NCBI GenBank assembly: GCA_019313915.1
Contig: JAFDAJ010000003.1
Span: 13,369 to 77,368, forward strand
Direction: 5' to 3'
Length of the DNA: 64,000 nucleotides
Source: Deltaproteobacteria bacterium
GTDB taxonomy: Bacteria > Myxococcota_A > Polyangia > Polyangiales > Houyiibacteriaceae
Both the position numbers and the translations under genes were made by a program. Below are positions 27,697 through 37,480 of this stretch, in pieces; the stretch's first letter is position 1, and each line of letters starts with the position of its first letter. Under the pieces are notes generated by a model that was not told where the DNA came from, did not search any database, and was given only the letters and a program-made list of their open reading frames with translations.

Positions 27697-28680
27697 GTGC
27701 AAATGGACGAAGAACGGACGAACTCAGAGGGGCTCGAAGGCCTCCAACTCGACGCCGAATCGATACCTTCCGCTCAGGAGGTCAACGCCAGGCGAAGCGA
27801 AGCGACGGCAGAGCTTCAGGACGAAGTGAATTCGCTCGAACAGCAGCTTGGCCCCGAGGCAGACCCTCTGAGCGGCGAGGCCATGAAGAAGAGGGCGCTC
27901 CGTCGATACGTTCGCGAAGAAGCGCTCAAGCCCTATCAAGCCGAGTTGATCAAGATGCAGCAGCATCTCGAGAAGAGCGGCACTCGGATGGTGATCTTGT
28001 TCGAGGGACGTGACGCGGCTGGCAAGGGCGGAACCATTCGACGGGTGACGCGGTACATGAACGAGAAGCACTACCGTGTGGTCGCCCTCGGCAAGCCCAC
28101 CGAGCACGAACGGACTCAATGGTTCTTCCAGAAGTACATCCAACACTTTCCGCGTGCAGGCGAGGTCGTCCTCTTCGATCGCAGCTGGTACAACCGAGCG
28201 ATGGTGGAACCGGTGTTCGAGTTCTGTTCCGACAAGGAATACAAGAACTTCATGCGAGGCGTCACCGGATTCGAGAAGGATCTCGTGCGCCAGGGAACGG
28301 TCCTGATCAAGCTCTACTTCAGCGTCACGAAGGAGGAGCAGAATCGGCGTTTCGAGCGTCGCAAGGCGGACCCGCTTCGCCAGTGGAAGCTGAGTGAGGT
28401 GGATGTGCAGGCCCAAGAGCGCTGGGACGACTTCACCAACGTGAAGTACGAAATGCTCAAACGGACCCACACGACGCATGCGCCATGGAAGATCATTCGC
28501 TCGAACGACAAGCATCTGGCGCGAATCAACGCGATCAAGATCATCCTGAACTCGGTTGCCTACGAGCGGCTCGACGACACGCTCGACTTCGTCCCCGACC
28601 CGAACGTTGTGATTTCGGGTTCGAGGGAGCTCGAGATGATGGAGGCTCAACGCCTCGGCAGCGGGAAATTCCTGGCGTAG
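27697..28680 (+). CDS. ppk2: polyphosphate kinase 2
   Basis: VILFEGRDAAGKGGTIRRV (Walker A), FFQKYIQHFPRAGEVVLFDRSWYNRA and LRQWKLSEVD are hallmark PPK2 blocks. Confidence 0.9.
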   Translation: MQMDEERTNSEGLEGLQLDAESIPSAQEVNARRSEATAELQDEVNSLEQQLGPEADPLSGEAMKKRALRRYVREEALKPYQAELIKMQQHLEKSGTRMVILFEGRDAAGKGGTIRRVTRYMNEKHYRVVALGKPTEHERTQWFFQKYIQHFPRAGEVVLFDRSWYNRAMVEPVFEFCSDKEYKNFMRGVTGFEKDLVRQGTVLIKLYFSVTKEEQNRRFERRKADPLRQWKLSEVDVQAQERWDDFTNVKYEMLKRTHTTHAPWKIIRSNDKHLARINAIKIILNSVAYERLDDTLDFVPDPNVVISGSRELEMMEAQRLGSGKFLA

Positions 28681-28698
28681 CAGTCTCCGCTCGAATCC

Positions 28699-30714
28699 CT
28701 ACGGCGTATACCAGATCGGCGATGTCCACGCGCGCTCTTGAATCGTCAGCTCCACCGGCGGCAGGCAGCAGCGCGCCTCGTGCTCCGTCAGCAGGTCGGT
28801 GTTTTCACATGCGACGTCGGCACAGGCTGTGCGGTTCAGGCCGACCACGGGATCGCAACAATCACTGTCCAAGTTCGTAGTGGGGTTCTCGCAGTCGTAT
28901 CCGTTCTCCAAACACTGCCGTACGCTCCACCTGCAAGTCGGGTTCTCCAGGACCCGTAGGTAGTAGTAAGCGCGCTGAGAGGGGTCAAAGTCCTCGTCGA
29001 CCCAGCGGTGGCACAACGAAGCGTGCCCGGTGCCCTGTGACTCACAGGTCGCGAGGTCTACCCCGGCACCGTTGTCGGCGTCGGGCGTCACGTCAGTGAC
29101 ACGGGTTTGCACCTCTCCGCCGTCATCCAACCATCCTTTGATGATCTGCACGCGCTGCAGCGGCGTGCCCGGACGCCCCTCCGTCCCCGGGTCCTGTCGC
29201 GCGAATGCTACGAAGATGGGAACTGCGGAGGCTTCGGGCTGCGAGGGAAGCTCTCTGCCCATCGGCACCCCACTCTCATAGCCCTCGCTCTCGAGTGACG
29301 CGCGGTCGCAGATGTCCTCAGGATAGCTCCAGCCTGCGAAAAACCGAGGAACGATCCGGGGCCCGCTAGTTCCAAACGTCTCTTTGCGCACCACGGCGTC
29401 AAAGATCGCTTCGCGAGAGTTTTCCTCGGCCCACACCCCGGCCAAGCCTCCTGATCCAAAGTAGGGATCGTCGACGAGGCCCTGTTCCAACGGATCTGCA
29501 GACACTTGGACCCGCGACACCGCATCGCCGTTGCCCGGATGGTCGTATTCTGCCACCGCGCCGGGGTTCGCCATGTGTGCGTCCGTCCCGGCGATGACGG
29601 CGTACCGGAATGGGTTCACACCGAAGTCTCGTTCGAGCTCCATGCCGCGCCCGAAGGCGTCTCGCGCAAAGCCTCCTGCAACGGGAGCGCCGATGACGTC
29701 GAGCGACAGCGCGGTGAAGTTCGGGTACGGAAACTCCTCGAACCCACAAAACTCGTCTGGCGCGCCCAAGCTCCTGGCGCACTCCGAGGAACCTTTCTGC
29801 TGATAGATCTCGATCGCAGGCTCCATCACGGCGCGCTCACGCAAATACTCGGCATCGAGCGGAAGGTCCTCTTTTCCGCTCCGTTGGAAGTACGTTCCGG
29901 CCGAAAGGTTCGTGTTGTGCGCGAGGGTGATGACATCACATCCAGTGCCCGCATCGATGCAATCGTCGCGAAGCATCTGCCACATGGCCTCTGGCCTCTT
30001 GGCGTTGAATGGGTCCGGCGGAACGCTAGGCACGGTAGCGCTACGAAAAACGACGTTCCGATGCATGTTGTTGCCACCCGGGCTGGCCGTCCACTCGAAC
30101 GCGACGAAGCTGGTGAAGTTACACGCCGGACTCTGATCGTTCGCCTCGTTGGCTGCCGCCTGTACGTCAAGCCACACTTCCTTGCCAGCCTCGATGCAGT
30201 CTTCGCCGGCGTCGCCGCACAAGGCCGGATGATCCCCACTGAAGGTAAAGGGCAGAACGAGCGTCAGGAACGCGCCTTCTGGGTCCGTGCGAAACTGCTG
30301 GCACTCCGGGTGCGCGTACGCGACCGAATCTGGATCTCGACACAAGGCGACTGACCCAAAGTGTGCGGAGTGGTCTGTTGCCGCGGCGAAATCGAGTGGG
30401 CGCTCTAGTTGCAACGTGCGAAGGGCGTTTCCGTCTTCGTCATACGGCGTAATGTCGATCCGATTGCCCCGAGCGAACTCGTAGGCCGTACGAGGCCCGA
30501 GCCGCGTTCCCGAAAGATTCGCGTCGTAGGAAAGAGACGTGTGGACATGCAGATCACCGAACAACGGCTGGCGGAGAGCGTCGAAGTCGTCGCAGTGCCC
30601 AACGCCAGGTGGTCGAACCCCGGCATCACCGTTAGAGCAAGCTGCGAATATCGTCGAGAAGAGTAAGGCGCAAGACGCCGTGCGTGTCGTTCCTGCCTTC
30701 ATCAGTTTGGTCAC
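28699..30714 (-). CDS. DUF3604-family metal-dependent (PHP-like) protein, lipoprotein signal
   Basis: CALLFSTIFAAC has a lipobox, followed by FGDLHVHTSLSYDA, typical of DUF3604. GTG at 30714 overlaps the prkA stop (GTGA). An alternative ATG at 30702 exists. Confidence 0.8.
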   Translation of the reverse strand: MTKLMKAGTTRTASCALLFSTIFAACSNGDAGVRPPGVGHCDDFDALRQPLFGDLHVHTSLSYDANLSGTRLGPRTAYEFARGNRIDITPYDEDGNALRTLQLERPLDFAAATDHSAHFGSVALCRDPDSVAYAHPECQQFRTDPEGAFLTLVLPFTFSGDHPALCGDAGEDCIEAGKEVWLDVQAAANEANDQSPACNFTSFVAFEWTASPGGNNMHRNVVFRSATVPSVPPDPFNAKRPEAMWQMLRDDCIDAGTGCDVITLAHNTNLSAGTYFQRSGKEDLPLDAEYLRERAVMEPAIEIYQQKGSSECARSLGAPDEFCGFEEFPYPNFTALSLDVIGAPVAGGFARDAFGRGMELERDFGVNPFRYAVIAGTDAHMANPGAVAEYDHPGNGDAVSRVQVSADPLEQGLVDDPYFGSGGLAGVWAEENSREAIFDAVVRKETFGTSGPRIVPRFFAGWSYPEDICDRASLESEGYESGVPMGRELPSQPEASAVPIFVAFARQDPGTEGRPGTPLQRVQIIKGWLDDGGEVQTRVTDVTPDADNGAGVDLATCESQGTGHASLCHRWVDEDFDPSQRAYYYLRVLENPTCRWSVRQCLENGYDCENPTTNLDSDCCDPVVGLNRTACADVACENTDLLTEHEARCCLPPVELTIQERAWTSPIWYTP

Positions 30715-32960
30715 TCGCGATACCGGGCGTCGACTAGGGCTCCGAGGGCGACCTTTGCGCTGGAGCGTTCGTACCCATAGACGCCGACCAGGACCTGCAG
30801 CGCCTGTTGCGCCGCTTCCCGCTGGTCTTCGTCGAGCGTGTCGTCGTCCTCCAACATGGCGACGATCGCTTGGCCGATTTCGCCAACCTGGCCGCGCCGA
30901 TCGTCGAAGTAGGCCTGCCGTAACTGCTCGATGTACCGCGGAAATAGCGCTTCGTAGTCAACGTCCTGCTCAGGATGGTCGATCGCCCATGCGGCGATGC
31001 CGCTAAGTAGCTCGTTGCGGAACCCTTGCGCGTCGTCGGCGCCCAACTTCTCTTCGACGCTTTTCATCAGGTCGACATCCGCATCTTCGTCCTGGCCTGT
31101 GACGGGGTTGAAGAGCCGTTCCTTCTTCACCCAGTGCGAGACGTGCGTCACGTAGCGTTCGAAGAGCCCGAGATGGCTACGCTCGTCGATCAATCCGCTA
31201 GCCGCGCGGAGCTCGCTCTCGACGATGTCGAGCCATCGTTCTTTGACGACGTCCACGAACGCGCGGTGGTCGCGGTAGGCGCCGTCGGGCTGCTCCTTCA
31301 GGAACTCGTAGTCATCGCGATCGCAGAAGTACCCGAGACGACTCAAGAACGTCACCGGCGAAACGCACGGCTCGTCGAAGTCGGCTGCCGCGTCGAGAAG
31401 GAGCATTCGGATCTCTCGTGGCGAGGCCCCGTTGATGCCTTCGTAGTCCGAGGACATCGAGCCTTGCAGCTCGACCTGTTCGATACCGCCAGCAAGGATC
31501 TTCCCTTGGTCGGCGTCGAATCGCGCCGGCACCAGACCGTCGGCCAGAAGATCCGCTTTTTCCAGCGGCGTTAGCGATGCGGCGACCGTCCCGAGGTCGC
31601 TGTCCGCAAACTGTGACGCGTCCGGCTTCCGGAGGCGCGTGAGCACTGACCAAAGTGCGGCGACGTACGTCGTGTGAGGCGCGACGTGCTTTGGAATCTG
31701 CGGAATGATCTGACCATCGTAGATTTCGCGCTCGCGATGGACGTCGAGGAGATACGGCATGCGAATCCGAACCATACGGCCGCGGAAGGAATTATACTCG
31801 GGGTGCTGGCGAAACGCGCTCAAGTGAAGCTCGTTCGAGCTTCCGAGCATCACGGCATTGATCGGCAGATTCGACATCTCCAGCGAGACCTCGCCGTTCT
31901 CGATCGCCAGGAGCAGGTACTTCCATGCCTCGATAGGGCGCTTGAGCAAATCGCTGAACTCGACGATGCCCCCGGACGCGTCCACCAGCTCGCCATAGGG
32001 CTCGAACAGCGTCAGCGCGCTCAGCGATGCGGGCAGGGAGTCGATTGACCGGTCCGCGGTGATCTGACGCTCCGACGCATCGACCGACATCTGCGGCCCG
32101 ATGGTCACCGCCCCGACGCGGTAGCGCCGCGAAATGTAAAAGCGCTCGACCTGAATGTGCGCGAGGACCCGCTCGAGGTCGCCGCGGTACGTAGTGAGGA
32201 GAGCCTGGAATATCTGTTGGTTCTTGCGGCCGAGCTGGCCGGTCCAAACCCAGTCCGGCGCCGCCTCCGAAAGACTCGCCCCTTCGTAGACGGTCGCGAT
32301 CAGACGCTGCCGCACATCCCGAGGCAACAACAGCATCGGATGCTCTCGAACCGAGCTCTGGAGCTTGGCGATGATCCGTTCGTCGGGAAGGTGCGCAAAG
32401 GAGTCGCCCTGGCCGAGCTCGTCGGCCGACGTCGCGAACCCGATCCCTGCCCCCTCACGCACGCGAGGGAAGATCCACGAAAACCGATAGAGCGCGCCGT
32501 CCTCGGTGTCTGAATAGGCCTCGAGCCCCCGCATCAAACAGGCAACGAATGTCGATTTCGCACTGCCGTTGGGCCCGTGCAGCATGACCAGGCGGTTCGC
32601 ACGCCCTTCCCGCTCGAACCCGTCGAGGATCCGATAGAACGCCTCCTGCGCCGCTTCGTTACCCGCGAGCCGATCGCGAAGCTTCAGCTCGGCTTGATGT
32701 CCGCTGTTGTCGAGCCCGAACTCGAGGTCGAAGAGTTTCCAGCGCTTGATCTTCCCCGTGGACCGCTCGACTTCGTACGAGCCGAAGAAGTCCATGCAGT
32801 CTTTGAGGTACCTTCCCGCGTCTCGAGTGTACCGGCGCGGATTGCCTTGAACGAGGTCCAAGTACTCGCCGAACGAAAGCACTCGCTTCTGGGCCTCGAA
32901 CCGCGCTTTGATCTCCCCACGAATCGTCTCTAGCGCAGTCTTGAGTCCCCCCTCGCTCAT
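30711..32960 (-). CDS. prkA: PrkA-family serine protein kinase (AAA+ N-domain)
   Basis: VLSFGEYLDLVQGNPRRYTRDAGRYLKDCMDFFG..LVMLHGPNGSAKSTFVACL (Walker A), then a long PrkA C-terminal region. 749 aa. Confidence 0.88.
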   Translation of the reverse strand: MSEGGLKTALETIRGEIKARFEAQKRVLSFGEYLDLVQGNPRRYTRDAGRYLKDCMDFFGSYEVERSTGKIKRWKLFDLEFGLDNSGHQAELKLRDRLAGNEAAQEAFYRILDGFEREGRANRLVMLHGPNGSAKSTFVACLMRGLEAYSDTEDGALYRFSWIFPRVREGAGIGFATSADELGQGDSFAHLPDERIIAKLQSSVREHPMLLLPRDVRQRLIATVYEGASLSEAAPDWVWTGQLGRKNQQIFQALLTTYRGDLERVLAHIQVERFYISRRYRVGAVTIGPQMSVDASERQITADRSIDSLPASLSALTLFEPYGELVDASGGIVEFSDLLKRPIEAWKYLLLAIENGEVSLEMSNLPINAVMLGSSNELHLSAFRQHPEYNSFRGRMVRIRMPYLLDVHREREIYDGQIIPQIPKHVAPHTTYVAALWSVLTRLRKPDASQFADSDLGTVAASLTPLEKADLLADGLVPARFDADQGKILAGGIEQVELQGSMSSDYEGINGASPREIRMLLLDAAADFDEPCVSPVTFLSRLGYFCDRDDYEFLKEQPDGAYRDHRAFVDVVKERWLDIVESELRAASGLIDERSHLGLFERYVTHVSHWVKKERLFNPVTGQDEDADVDLMKSVEEKLGADDAQGFRNELLSGIAAWAIDHPEQDVDYEALFPRYIEQLRQAYFDDRRGQVGEIGQAIVAMLEDDDTLDEDQREAAQQALQVLVGVYGYERSSAKVALGALVDARYRE

Positions 32961-32961
32961 C

Positions 32962-33501
32962 TCATTCCACCTTGAGTTGCATCGTCACCGTTCGCTTCTC
33001 GAGGATACAGTTTTCTTCTGTGCACATGGCAAAGGAAACGTCACAGGTCACTTCGTGGTCGCCTGCCGCCGAAGGCTCGAGCGCCGCAAGGAAGCGAACC
33101 TTGTCCTCGCCGAACTCCTTTGCGTCGTCTTTGACGAGTTCGTTCTTCTTCAGCGCCACCCCGGGAGCCGCCTTCAGGTCGACCCGGATCGGGTATTCCT
33201 GGTTGACGTGCCAATCACCGCGTCCCTCTAGGGCGATCTCCACCTCGCCCGTCTTGCCGATCGTGTACCCGGGTTGGGTTGGCGTGACCGCAAGCAGGAA
33301 CGAGCCGGTTTCGATCGTCGGTCCCGCAGGCTCGTCGGACTTTTCTGCGTCGGCTGGGACTTTAGCCGCCGCATGCTCGTGCTGGTGCTTGGTGTGGTCG
33401 TGTTCATTGGCCTTGGGCGCCGGCGCACCACGCTCGCAACCCACTAGGGCGACGGTGAACCAAAGGATCGAAAGTAGGGGCCAAATACGCATCTGCATCA
33501 C
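32962..33501 (-). CDS. lipoprotein with a His-rich linker and a DsbD-N/DsbC-like domain
   Basis: LLSILWFTVALVGC has a lipobox. The linker is NEHDHTKHQHEH. The domain reads GDWHVNQEYPIRV..VSFAMCTEENCILEKRTV, resembling the thiol:disulfide interchange DsbD alpha domain. Its stop is 1 nt from the prkA ATG. Confidence 0.55.
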   Translation of the reverse strand: MMQMRIWPLLSILWFTVALVGCERGAPAPKANEHDHTKHQHEHAAAKVPADAEKSDEPAGPTIETGSFLLAVTPTQPGYTIGKTGEVEIALEGRGDWHVNQEYPIRVDLKAAPGVALKKNELVKDDAKEFGEDKVRFLAALEPSAAGDHEVTCDVSFAMCTEENCILEKRTVTMQLKVE

Positions 33502-33548
33502 TCCTTATTTAGTCTACGCTGTGGGCCAAGGTTACGTCGAAATCCAAG

Positions 33549-34094
33549 CTAGGGCTCGACCACCTCGACCTCGGTGTGGGAGTCCCTCGCCGGCCGGCGA
33601 AGGAAAAACTGGATCTTGTCGCGAACCGCACCCGAATCTGGCGAGAAGTGCCAGTGGGCGGTGGGCTCCGGCAGCTCCGGGCTGGCCTCCCATTTGATGA
33701 ACGCGACGAACGGGTTGTGCAGGATTCGATCCTCGTTGACGCGGACGCTCTGGTGCCCCGGCTCGTCATCCCGGACACGCAGCACGATTTCCTTCGAGGA
33801 GCTTCCTTTGAGCCACTCCTCGACCCTGACGGTGAGCCGATAGGCCGATCGCCGTTTGACGAGGTCCGAGCTCAGCGATTCGACGCGCACGACCACGATG
33901 AGGTCCGCCCTCCCCACACGCCGCTCGAAGGCCCCGCTCCACTCCCCCTCGACGATGACGGGGGCTTCGACGAGATCCACCGCATTGTCGAACAGCGAGG
34001 CGTCCGACGCCTGATAGTCGGTCGTGGGCGCATTGGATGACGCGCCGGCACAGCCAACTCCCCAGCAAATGATAGCTGCGATCAGCACACGCAC
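33549..34094 (-). CDS. putative lipoprotein
   Basis: The track ORF start at 34172 overlaps the upstream gene. An in-frame GTG at 34094 gives (M)RVLIAAIICWGVGC with a lipobox. Confidence 0.5.
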   Translation of the reverse strand: MRVLIAAIICWGVGCAGASSNAPTTDYQASDASLFDNAVDLVEAPVIVEGEWSGAFERRVGRADLIVVVRVESLSSDLVKRRSAYRLTVRVEEWLKGSSSKEIVLRVRDDEPGHQSVRVNEDRILHNPFVAFIKWEASPELPEPTAHWHFSPDSGAVRDKIQFFLRRPARDSHTEVEVVEP

Positions 34095-34104
34095 GGCACC
34101 GATT

Positions 34105-35184
34105 CTAGCACGCCCGCGCAGACGCCAACGCCGCCTCGTCGAGGGCCTCGCCCCAGAGCCGGACGAGGTCATCGGCGAGCGGCGCCCTCAGCGTCATGGG
34201 CTCGTGTTGGGTGGGGTGCATGAACTCCAGCTCGTAGGCATGGAGAGCGTGGCGGTCGTGACCGAGCCGTTGGCGAAGCTCGTCGGTCATCCCGGTCTCG
34301 ATGTAGTCGAGGAAGGGCTGAGAGCCCTCCGGGCCGTAGAGTTTGTCGCCAATGATCGGAAAGCCGATCGCGCTCAAGTGTACCCGCAGTTGGTGCTGTC
34401 GGCCGCTCTCCGGGGCCAGTGACACCAAGGTGGCGTCGTCCCGGCGCGCGACGACCCGATAGCGCGTGACCGATGGATAGCCCTCTCCCTTGGGGGTCAC
34501 CTCCATCAAGATGTGTAGCCCCTCCTTGGCCCGATCCAGTGGGAGATCGATCCTGCCTTCGTCATCGGGCATGACCCCGCGCACGATGGCGAGGTACCGC
34601 TTGCTCACCCGGCGGTTCTCAAAACCGATCTTGAGATCGCGCTCGGCGGCGCGGGTACGGCCGCACAGCAGCAGCCCGCTGGTCTCGCGGTCGAGTCGAT
34701 GGGCGATCTGCGGGGCGTCCGGCCCAAACCTCTGCCGGAGGAGGTAGGTAAGCGTATTCTTGTGATAGGTGGCCGACGGATGCACGGGAAGGCCCGAGGG
34801 CTTGTCGACTGCCAAAACGGCCTCGTCCTCGTATATGACGTCGAAGTAGAGCGGAACATGGGGCTCCTCGAAAGGAGGTCGCACCAACACGACGTGCTCG
34901 CCGGCCCGCACACGTTCACTTGGGCGCCGGCGCGTGCCGTCCGCTCGATAGGCGCAGGATCGCACGACTTCCTGGGCGCGCGTCCGCGAAAGCCTCGGGA
35001 TCCGATGCTGGATGAATCGGTCCAGGCGCTGGCCCGCATGCTCGGGCGCGACAGGAAACGTCAGGATGATCGAAGCCGGATCGCAACCCGGTGGGAGCGG
35101 AGCCTGTGGGCGTCTAGGCGGCCTTGACAACCTTACCCGAGCGGATGCAGCGCGTACACGCAGAGACGCGGCGGACCTGGCCAT
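34105..35184 (-). CDS. RluA-family 23S rRNA pseudouridine synthase (RluC/RluD-like)
   Basis: S4-like segment GQRLDRFIQHRIPRLSRTRAQEVV, then the catalytic motif HRLDRETSGLLL. All candidate starts (35184, 35157, 35136) overlap the 3' end of rpmB, so the start is uncertain. Confidence 0.8.
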   Translation of the reverse strand: MARSAASLRVRAASARVRLSRPPRRPQAPLPPGCDPASIILTFPVAPEHAGQRLDRFIQHRIPRLSRTRAQEVVRSCAYRADGTRRRPSERVRAGEHVVLVRPPFEEPHVPLYFDVIYEDEAVLAVDKPSGLPVHPSATYHKNTLTYLLRQRFGPDAPQIAHRLDRETSGLLLCGRTRAAERDLKIGFENRRVSKRYLAIVRGVMPDDEGRIDLPLDRAKEGLHILMEVTPKGEGYPSVTRYRVVARRDDATLVSLAPESGRQHQLRVHLSAIGFPIIGDKLYGPEGSQPFLDYIETGMTDELRQRLGHDRHALHAYELEFMHPTQHEPMTLRAPLADDLVRLWGEALDEAALASARAC

Positions 35185-35305
35185 CGATCACCGCTCGAAT
35201 CGACTGCAGGTTGGGCTGCTGCCACTTCCTGGTCTTGATGTTCGAGTGGCTCACCTTGTGAGCTTTGTGGCGGTTCTTACCGCAGAAATCACATGTCTGT
35301 GCCAT
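35114..35305 (-). CDS. rpmB: 50S ribosomal protein L28
   Basis: ATG at 35305 gives MAQTCDFCGKNRHKAHKVSHSNIKTRKWQQPNLQSIRAVIDGQVRRVSACTRCIRSGKV (63 aa), the typical L28 sequence. Confidence 0.9.
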   Translation of the reverse strand: MAQTCDFCGKNRHKAHKVSHSNIKTRKWQQPNLQSIRAVIDGQVRRVSACTRCIRSGKVVKAA

Positions 35306-35365
35306 GGCCGGTTTCCGAGTTCTGAAGGAGTCGCGATGTAGCATTGCTCTTGGGGCGTCGCAACA

Positions 35366-37447
35366 ATGCCGCCTCGCCCCAGGCGGCGATCAACGATAAA
35401 ACCAAGCTGGATGCGAGCGGCGGGCGCAATCACTGGGCTTTTGGTGCTCGGGACTTTTGTAATTCCGGGTACCTACGGCGCAAAAACGGAGCTCATCTCA
35501 GAAGCTCAGTGGGCCACTGGTGTTCGCTCGGTCTCCCCTGGAGAGCTCGATGCGGGATCGGCAACGCTGGCCGGGCGGATCTACGATGAAGGGGGTCGTC
35601 CCCTCGCAGGAGCGACCGTATCCCTCGCGGGGAGCGGGTTCTGGCCGGCACGCTCGGTTCGAAGCGGGGCGGACGGGCGCTTCTATTGGCCTCAGATCCC
35701 GGCGGGCATCTATGAGCTTCGGGCCTCCAAGGGTAGGCTCGTCGCCCCACCGGTCGAGGGGCTGATCCTGGATGCGGGGGCTCGGCGCGCGTTCGGGATA
35801 CAGCTCGGCAGAGGGTGGACCCTGGCCGGACGGGTCGTGGATGCGCACAGCGGCCGCGCGATCCGTGACGCCGAAGTGACAATAGCCACGGGCGTGCTCG
35901 GGCTGCACACGCGGCGGACTCGGAGCGACGACGGCGGACAATTCGAGCTCACAGGGATCGTCGGTGACGAGCATAGCTTGTACGTCGGAGCGGACGGATA
36001 CGTCGCAGCCGGTCCCTTGCGGCATAGTGAAACGGAGCCGCCTATGACGGTGCGGCTCGAACGCGCGTCTACCATCGAAGGTCGCGTCGTCGACGAGCGA
36101 GGGTGGGCGCTCGAGGGTGTGCTCATCCGCGCCTTTGGTGAGGGAGACCTGCGCGCCGCGTCCCCTGGTGCGACCGACTCGCTCGGGGTCACCTCCGGGC
36201 CAGTCCCGCCGATCTCGGCCGGGGGAAGCGGAGCGCTCGCGTTCGTTCAGCAGGTGACCACCAGCCGAGACGGAGCGTTCGTCTTGTCGAGTCTTCGTCC
36301 TGGCCCGTACACGATCACAGCGAGCCATGACGACTTTGCACCAGCCGAGTCCGAACGTCTGCAGGTGGGTCCGGGCAGGACGCGCGCGGGCGTCGATATC
36401 GTCATGCGCTCGGGCGCTGAGCTTGCAGGCCGCGTGGTGGACGAGCGCGGCAACGGCCTCGAAGGGATCCCGGTCGAGCTTCGAGCGTCCACAGAGCGCG
36501 TGCCGCGGATGTCGGTGACCGCGTCCGATGGCTCGTTTTCGTTTCGTGGCGTGCGCGGTGGCGTAAGCGTCACGGCCCTGCCCTACGATCTGCCTCCGGC
36601 CCGTGAGTCGCTCGATGTCGGAGATGAGGAGCTCGTCACCATCGAGCTCGCATTATCGAGAGCGCTCTACACGCTGCGCGGGAGGGTCGTCGACGAAGGC
36701 GGGTTCGGGGTGGGCGGCGCGCTGCTCACCGTCTCGGCCAAGAGCCCTCAGACGCCGATTCGGCGGACCGCCAAGTCGGATGCCGATGGGAGCTTCTCTG
36801 TCCCTGCCCTGCCCGAGCCACCGTTCGACCTCAGCGCCGAGCACCCAGGGTTCAGCCAGGCGATCCTCGCCGACATCGACAGCATGGACGACGTCCGCGT
36901 CGTGATGTCGGCTGGAGTCACGTTCCTCGGTGAGGTGCTCGACGACTGGACCGGCGACGCGCTGGGAAGCGTGCAAGTGCGCCTCGACGGACCCGCCAAG
37001 CGAGACACCATGACCCGAAGCGACGGCACCTTCGTGTTCCGGCGCACACCAACCGGCACGTACGACATCTCCTTCTCGCACCCGAGCTACGAGCCGCAGA
37101 GTCGCCGGGTCGTGCTCGAGCCCCCGCACTACGTTGACCGCCCGCAGGAGCTCGCCACGGTCCGCTTGGGGCCCGGTGGCACCGTCGTGGGCGAGGTTCT
37201 GGACGCGCTGAGCGACCCCGTCTCGAACGCGGAGGTGACGTGGGGCGACCCGCCGAGGTGGGAGCGTGCCACGCTCAGCGACGCTCACGGCGAATTTCGA
37301 TTGCGCGGCGTCCCGGCGGGATCGGTCTGGATCACCGCGCGACACCCGGTCGCCGGTGAGGATTGGACGGTGGACCCCATCACCGTGAGGCCGCTCGAAA
37401 CATCGCCCGGGGCAGTCGTACGCTTGCCCAATTCGATCGATGAGTGA
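35366..37447 (+). CDS. secreted protein built from ~8 carboxypeptidase-regulatory-like (prealbumin-fold) repeats
   Basis: Signal anchor AITGLLVLGTFVIPGTYG, then a recurring ~85-aa unit G(R/E)V(V/L)D..G.(P/A)L.GA.V......DG.F.....P.G.Y.(L/I). The true start may be the internal M at about 35411. Confidence 0.75.
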   Translation: MPPRPRRRSTIKPSWMRAAGAITGLLVLGTFVIPGTYGAKTELISEAQWATGVRSVSPGELDAGSATLAGRIYDEGGRPLAGATVSLAGSGFWPARSVRSGADGRFYWPQIPAGIYELRASKGRLVAPPVEGLILDAGARRAFGIQLGRGWTLAGRVVDAHSGRAIRDAEVTIATGVLGLHTRRTRSDDGGQFELTGIVGDEHSLYVGADGYVAAGPLRHSETEPPMTVRLERASTIEGRVVDERGWALEGVLIRAFGEGDLRAASPGATDSLGVTSGPVPPISAGGSGALAFVQQVTTSRDGAFVLSSLRPGPYTITASHDDFAPAESERLQVGPGRTRAGVDIVMRSGAELAGRVVDERGNGLEGIPVELRASTERVPRMSVTASDGSFSFRGVRGGVSVTALPYDLPPARESLDVGDEELVTIELALSRALYTLRGRVVDEGGFGVGGALLTVSAKSPQTPIRRTAKSDADGSFSVPALPEPPFDLSAEHPGFSQAILADIDSMDDVRVVMSAGVTFLGEVLDDWTGDALGSVQVRLDGPAKRDTMTRSDGTFVFRRTPTGTYDISFSHPSYEPQSRRVVLEPPHYVDRPQELATVRLGPGGTVVGEVLDALSDPVSNAEVTWGDPPRWERATLSDAHGEFRLRGVPAGSVWITARHPVAGEDWTVDPITVRPLETSPGAVVRLPNSIDE

Positions 37448-37480
37448 CGAAACCCTCGCTGCGCCGTACGCTGAGATGAG

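Noticed and set aside
35114-35184. The 23-71-nt overlap between the rluA-like ORF start and the 3' end of rpmB, as a possible regulatory overlap or mis-annotation.
   Set aside because: No canonical start exists downstream of the rpmB stop without truncating the S4-like domain, so some overlap is likely real. The exact start cannot be fixed from sequence alone, and such overlaps are common, so I have not reported it as a finding.
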